Shown here piece after piece: positions 8,550-11,811 of a DNA stretch of 11,811 nt (positions are counted from its first letter, which is position 1; every line of letters starts with the position of its first letter). The stretch comes from an uncultured archaeon (GTDB lineage: Archaea; Asgardarchaeota; Thorarchaeia; Thorarchaeales; Thorarchaeaceae), in NCBI GenBank assembly GCA_964590575.1, contig CAZPWM010000099.1:1-11811 (forward strand), written 5' to 3'. The notes beneath the pieces are model-generated. The model searched no databases. It was given only the letters and a program-made list of their open reading frames with translations, and was not told the origin of the DNA. The position numbers and the translations under genes were made by a program.

Positions 8550-9785
8550 CTATGCTTTCCTTATCTTCTTCTCAAGACCACTGAGCCTTTTCCTATCTTC
8601 ACTCTCACGGTATTTAGTAGCGGCTTCTTGGTACTTAGCTAAGGCGTCTCTAGTAGTGCCTTGTTTGGCCAATTGGTCTCCCTGTGCTTCTAGATCTTTG
8701 CCCCACTCAACGTAAGCTTCCCGAGCTTTCTCTGAGCAACGGGCTCTCTTTTTTGCATCTGTGCTGAACATATAGAGTTCTCTTGCTTTTCTGAATTGAA
8801 CAATAGCCCATTCAAATTCATGAGCTTTCATATGGCTTTCACCCTGGTCAAAATGGAACATAGCCATTGCATCGTATCCAATATCAACTCTTTTCGTACT
8901 CTCAGCGACGCCCTTCTCATTTTCTGCGCGTTCGAACAACATCTTAGCAATCTCGAAAGACTCGATAGCTTTTTCGTGTTCGTTCTCTTGCAAGTATTGC
9001 TCACCTTGGTCCAATCTTGCTTTTCCCATAGCTTCAAAGACATAAGCTGGATACTCGAATTCGTCTGATGAGAGAGTAATACCACAATTCGGACAAACAG
9101 GAGTTTCAAGCTCTTTGAGGGGTCCATTCAAGCCAATTCTTGATGGCTTTCCTACTACAACATCAATGAAAGTTGTTGTTGTACTCCCTCTTCCTTCTGG
9201 AAACAGATGCTCGACAGCTTCTCTAGTTTCCTCTCGGACTTCTTTAGGAACACCTTCAGGGAAGAGATGTTCAAGAGCTTCCTCTGTGGTAACAGGAATT
9301 TCTTCAGCATAGACTCTTGGTGGTTCAATCTCTGTGAAAGGCATACCTACCTTGATCTCATCAACACCCTCTTCCCACGACATATCCGTACTTCGTCCCT
9401 CAGGCACGTCGGATACTTCAGGAGCGCCTTCGGATGGGGTTTCTGTTTCGACTGCGACTATTGTTTCTTCAACAAGAGAAAGATCACCTTCAACTGTCAT
9501 TGATTCAGCTGCTGGCATTGCTTCATCCCAACTGAGGTCTTCTTCTATTGAGGGTAATGCCTCGGGTTGAGGTTCGAGTTGTGTTTCAGGAAGTGGATCA
9601 TCAAATCCAGAGTCCTCTAAACCCGGCAATTCCTCAGCTTCATCCAAAATCTCTGATTCCTCTAGTGTTTCTTCTGGTGGGGCAGATGGCAAGTCTTCGG
9701 GCACTTTGTTTCCACAACCTATACAGAATGTCGATCCTTTTCTGATGCGTTTTTTGCATGATGGACAGATTACTTGATCCTGCAT
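8550..9785 (-). CDS. Zinc-ribbon / acidic low-complexity / TPR (SNAP-like) helical-repeat protein
   Basis: N-terminal CPSC-x10-CIGC, then a ~170-aa Glu/Pro-rich linker, an internal 'CPNCG', and three TPR-like helix pairs ('GEQYLQENEHEKAIESFEIAKMLF', 'GESHMKAHEFEWAIVQFRKARELY', 'GDQLAKQGTTRDALAKYQEAATKY'). Confidence 0.8.
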   Translation of the reverse strand: MQDQVICPSCKKRIRKGSTFCIGCGNKVPEDLPSAPPEETLEESEILDEAEELPGLEDSGFDDPLPETQLEPQPEALPSIEEDLSWDEAMPAAESMTVEGDLSLVEETIVAVETETPSEGAPEVSDVPEGRSTDMSWEEGVDEIKVGMPFTEIEPPRVYAEEIPVTTEEALEHLFPEGVPKEVREETREAVEHLFPEGRGSTTTTFIDVVVGKPSRIGLNGPLKELETPVCPNCGITLSSDEFEYPAYVFEAMGKARLDQGEQYLQENEHEKAIESFEIAKMLFERAENEKGVAESTKRVDIGYDAMAMFHFDQGESHMKAHEFEWAIVQFRKARELYMFSTDAKKRARCSEKAREAYVEWGKDLEAQGDQLAKQGTTRDALAKYQEAATKYRESEDRKRLSGLEKKIRKA

Positions 9786-10148
9786 TTCTGAATCGCATTC
9801 CTATAGCTAGACAGCATAGTAGCTGCTTGTAGAGAATTCGAAAGTTCACATATGAACTGTTTTCGTACAATATCATTGAATGCGCATTCTCTCTCTCAAG
9901 CTAAATAAACGAAAAAAAACGAAAATTGGTTATTGATCCCTCCTCCCAACGAAAATTGTGTTTTTTGCTTATGGTTGAATCCAGTAGTCACTAGTTCCGA
10001 GGTTCTAGTCATCGGATGTATTTTAGTGGTTCAGGTCTATAAGGGCGGGAATCATGCATTCTCATAGTGGGAATAATTTCATTGCTATATGCGTACTATT
10101 ATCATGAGGTTCGAACAGTTCTAGAAACGACTTGGAATTTAGAAATAG

Positions 10149-10155
10149 GGAGTGA
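10149..10155 (+). promoter_or_regulatory. Shine-Dalgarno-like site (GGAGTGA) ahead of the TRASH microprotein
   Basis: GGAGTGAAATA (10149-10159) is identical to the 11-mer before top6B (3391-3401), with the same 13-nt offset to the putative start codon. Confidence 0.55.
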
Positions 10156-10161
10156 AATATC

Positions 10162-10296
10162 ATAAGTGAGAAATATTGTCGTGTCTGCAATAAGAAACTT
10201 CTCAAAAATGCCAATATCACAAAGACAAAGAAAGATGGTAGAATTGTCTACTACTGTTCTTTAGGTTGCAAGTGGAGTGATGAAGAGGAAGAATAA
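10162..10296 (+). CDS. 44-aa TRASH/eL24-like treble-clef zinc-finger microprotein (not in the ORF track; probable ATA start)
   Basis: Manual translation gives (M)SEKYCRVCNKKLLKNANITKTKKDGRIVYYCSLGCKWSDEEEE*. It has CxxC-x22-CxxxC with 'KKDGRIVYYCS'. An in-frame TGA lies at 10153, and ATA 10162 sits at SD distance. Confidence 0.7.
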   Translation: MSEKYCRVCNKKLLKNANITKTKKDGRIVYYCSLGCKWSDEEEE

Positions 10297-10371
10297 GAAT
10301 GATTAATACTCCTTCTTTTTACGAGAGATGAGCTGTTTTCATACAGAATCATTGAATATACATTTCTGTTC

Positions 10372-10995
10372 TCATGACATATAGAGCATGAAATAGGTAA
10401 TCCACGAGATTATAATCGCGAGAATAACTCCTGTAATTGACTGCTTTAGAGAATGTTGTTTCAAGGTCACCCTCGAGTAAATCACTAGCATCCAGACAAA
10501 GACGACAACAAGAGCGAATGGGCCATAGACGTAGATTAGTGCTGCACCCGGCCCTCCAACTCCTGCTCCATGTACCGATATCTTCGATTTAAAGCTAACC
10601 AAAAGAACTCCTGCAGTCACTGCAAAGTATGCAGCTGCGAGTGTTCTCATTATATGACAACCAAAATACCCATACACAACAAACGCAATGATATAACACA
10701 TCATCGAGAAAGTAAAGAATTTGGTCCTACTTTCTCTTTCAGACACGTCTAGATCTACATTCCCCTTCCAAGCTGCGTATACAATAGGAGCAATGGGGAG
10801 AATCACCATAATGACGAGACAAATCAAGATTGAGGAAAAAGGATTGAGAACAGGTCCAAGTCCAATAGGCGAAGATAATGAAAAGATAATTCCAACATAG
10901 AGATTGATGAGTGGTGCAGGGGTGAGTCTTGAAATCACACGAGAAATGGTCACTCGTGTTCCTTGCAATTCCAATAACTCATCATGGTACTTCAT
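10372..10995 (-). CDS. PAP2-superfamily-like integral membrane protein (putative lipid phosphate phosphatase/phosphoesterase)
   Basis: About 6-7 TM helices. 'KISVH' resembles the C2 (PSGH) motif and 'SRVTLKQHSLKQ' resembles the C3 (SRxxxxxHxxxD) motif. Start is ATG 10995 or TTG 11007. Confidence 0.7.
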   Translation of the reverse strand: MKYHDELLELQGTRVTISRVISRLTPAPLINLYVGIIFSLSSPIGLGPVLNPFSSILICLVIMVILPIAPIVYAAWKGNVDLDVSERESRTKFFTFSMMCYIIAFVVYGYFGCHIMRTLAAAYFAVTAGVLLVSFKSKISVHGAGVGGPGAALIYVYGPFALVVVFVWMLVIYSRVTLKQHSLKQSITGVILAIIISWITYFMLYMS

Positions 10996-11187
10996 TAGAC
11001 TCACCAAGTTATTTCGAGGTTTTAAAACCAGTAGGTCACAACGAATATGATGCGAAACATGAGTTCTTCTTCCAAGACATCTTCACTCCTGAGCTGCTGG
11101 TTATATGACAACAAGCTTTTTCTTTATCCATTTAACACCTTTCAGATACCAGAACACCCAGAAACTGCTATGGATGTGTACAAAAAC

Positions 11188-11496
11188 ATGCCAGCGATGC
11201 CAAAACGTGAGATATTCGAGAGGATTATTCAAAATATAACAAGCAAGTTTCCAGACGTATATGCCGCCCTATTCATCAGTCCTGAAGGATTTCCCATCAA
11301 CACTTGGGGAGTCACACTAGAACGAGCCGAAGAGATCTCAGCTCTACTGAGCGCATTGATTGGTAAAACTTGGGAGATAGTCAGGGGTGTTAAGGAAGGC
11401 GGAGAGTTGGCGTTCATCCAGATTCAAACAAATATGGGTGGAATCCGAATCGCTCCCCAAGAAGAGTTCATTTTAGTCACTTTGACACGGGGTTAG
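11188..11496 (+). CDS. Roadblock/LC7 (MglB/LAMTOR-like) domain protein
   Basis: Roadblock pattern: helix, then 'DVYAALFISPEGFPI', helix 'AEEISALLSALIG', then 'GGELAFIQIQTNMGGIRIAP..EFILVTLT'. The start is uncertain (ATG 11170, 11188 or 11197). The 11047 start of the ORF track is probably too long. Confidence 0.85.
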   Translation: MPAMPKREIFERIIQNITSKFPDVYAALFISPEGFPINTWGVTLERAEEISALLSALIGKTWEIVRGVKEGGELAFIQIQTNMGGIRIAPQEEFILVTLTRG

Positions 11497-11706
11497 ACAT
11501 TCATCTAATCATTGACCTGGTCATATTCAAGCTACACTCAACCCACGATTTTTTGGGAGGATGGGTTCCTGTTCAAGAAGTGTTATAGGTTCCTCACTCG
11601 GTTTGGCCACTAGTGCTATTTTTATACTCAGTGAATCGACACTATCACGTCTACAAACCCAACAAACTCTAATGAAATAGTTGGGTGATATAGGGAGGTC
11701 TTCTAC

Positions 11707-11811
11707 TTGTCACCGAAGAAGGCAGCAGATGAAGAAATTGACGATGAGGAATTGGACTACGAGGAATTTGAAGGGAAGGATGAGGAATCCCTCATAGAAG
11801 TTGGAGGCGAT
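11707..11811 (+). CDS. N-terminus of an acidic protein, 3'-truncated by the window edge
   Basis: A GGAGGT SD (11694-11699) precedes TTG 11707. The frame reads MSPKKAADEEIDDEELDYEEFEGKDEESLIEVGGD and is open to the end of the window. Confidence 0.7.
   Translation, partial: MSPKKAADEEIDDEELDYEEFEGKDEESLIEVGGD

Noticed and set aside
9908-9958. CRISPR-like mini-array
   Set aside because: The repeats are only 8-11 bp with irregular short spacers, and no cas genes are present.
11047-11169. N-terminal extension of the roadblock ORF
   Set aside because: It is Ser-rich, unlike the domain, and spans AT-rich promoter-like elements (TTATAT at 11101) of the divergent intergenic region.
224-11417. Remaining short (60-99 aa) ORFs in the track that overlap the called genes
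   Set aside because: All lie within or largely overlap well-supported CDSs in other frames or on the other strand, and none shows recognisable motifs.

Overview
Archaeal chromosomal window, most likely Asgard and Thorarchaeia-like. This is inferred from gene content, not from a database match. Gene order: a 5'-truncated MFS transporter (+); a PH-like/glycine-zipper/double-Zn-ribbon protein (+); cofE (-); a divergent top6B-top6A pair (+); an amidohydrolase_2 (+); a Zn-ribbon/acidic-linker/TPR-SNAP-like protein (-); an unannotated 44-aa TRASH/eL24-like microprotein with a probable ATA start (+); a PAP2-like membrane protein (-); a roadblock/LC7 protein (+); and the start of an acidic protein cut by the window end. 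The most unusual system is an elaborated topoisomerase VI. Top6A has a ~365-aa N-terminal extension made of two Lys-rich, histone-H1-like tracts flanking two tandem 59-aa helix-hairpin-helix modules. Top6B has an ~80-aa insertion in its ATPase domain and a strongly acidic C-terminal tail. No rRNA, tRNA, CRISPR array or mobile element was seen.
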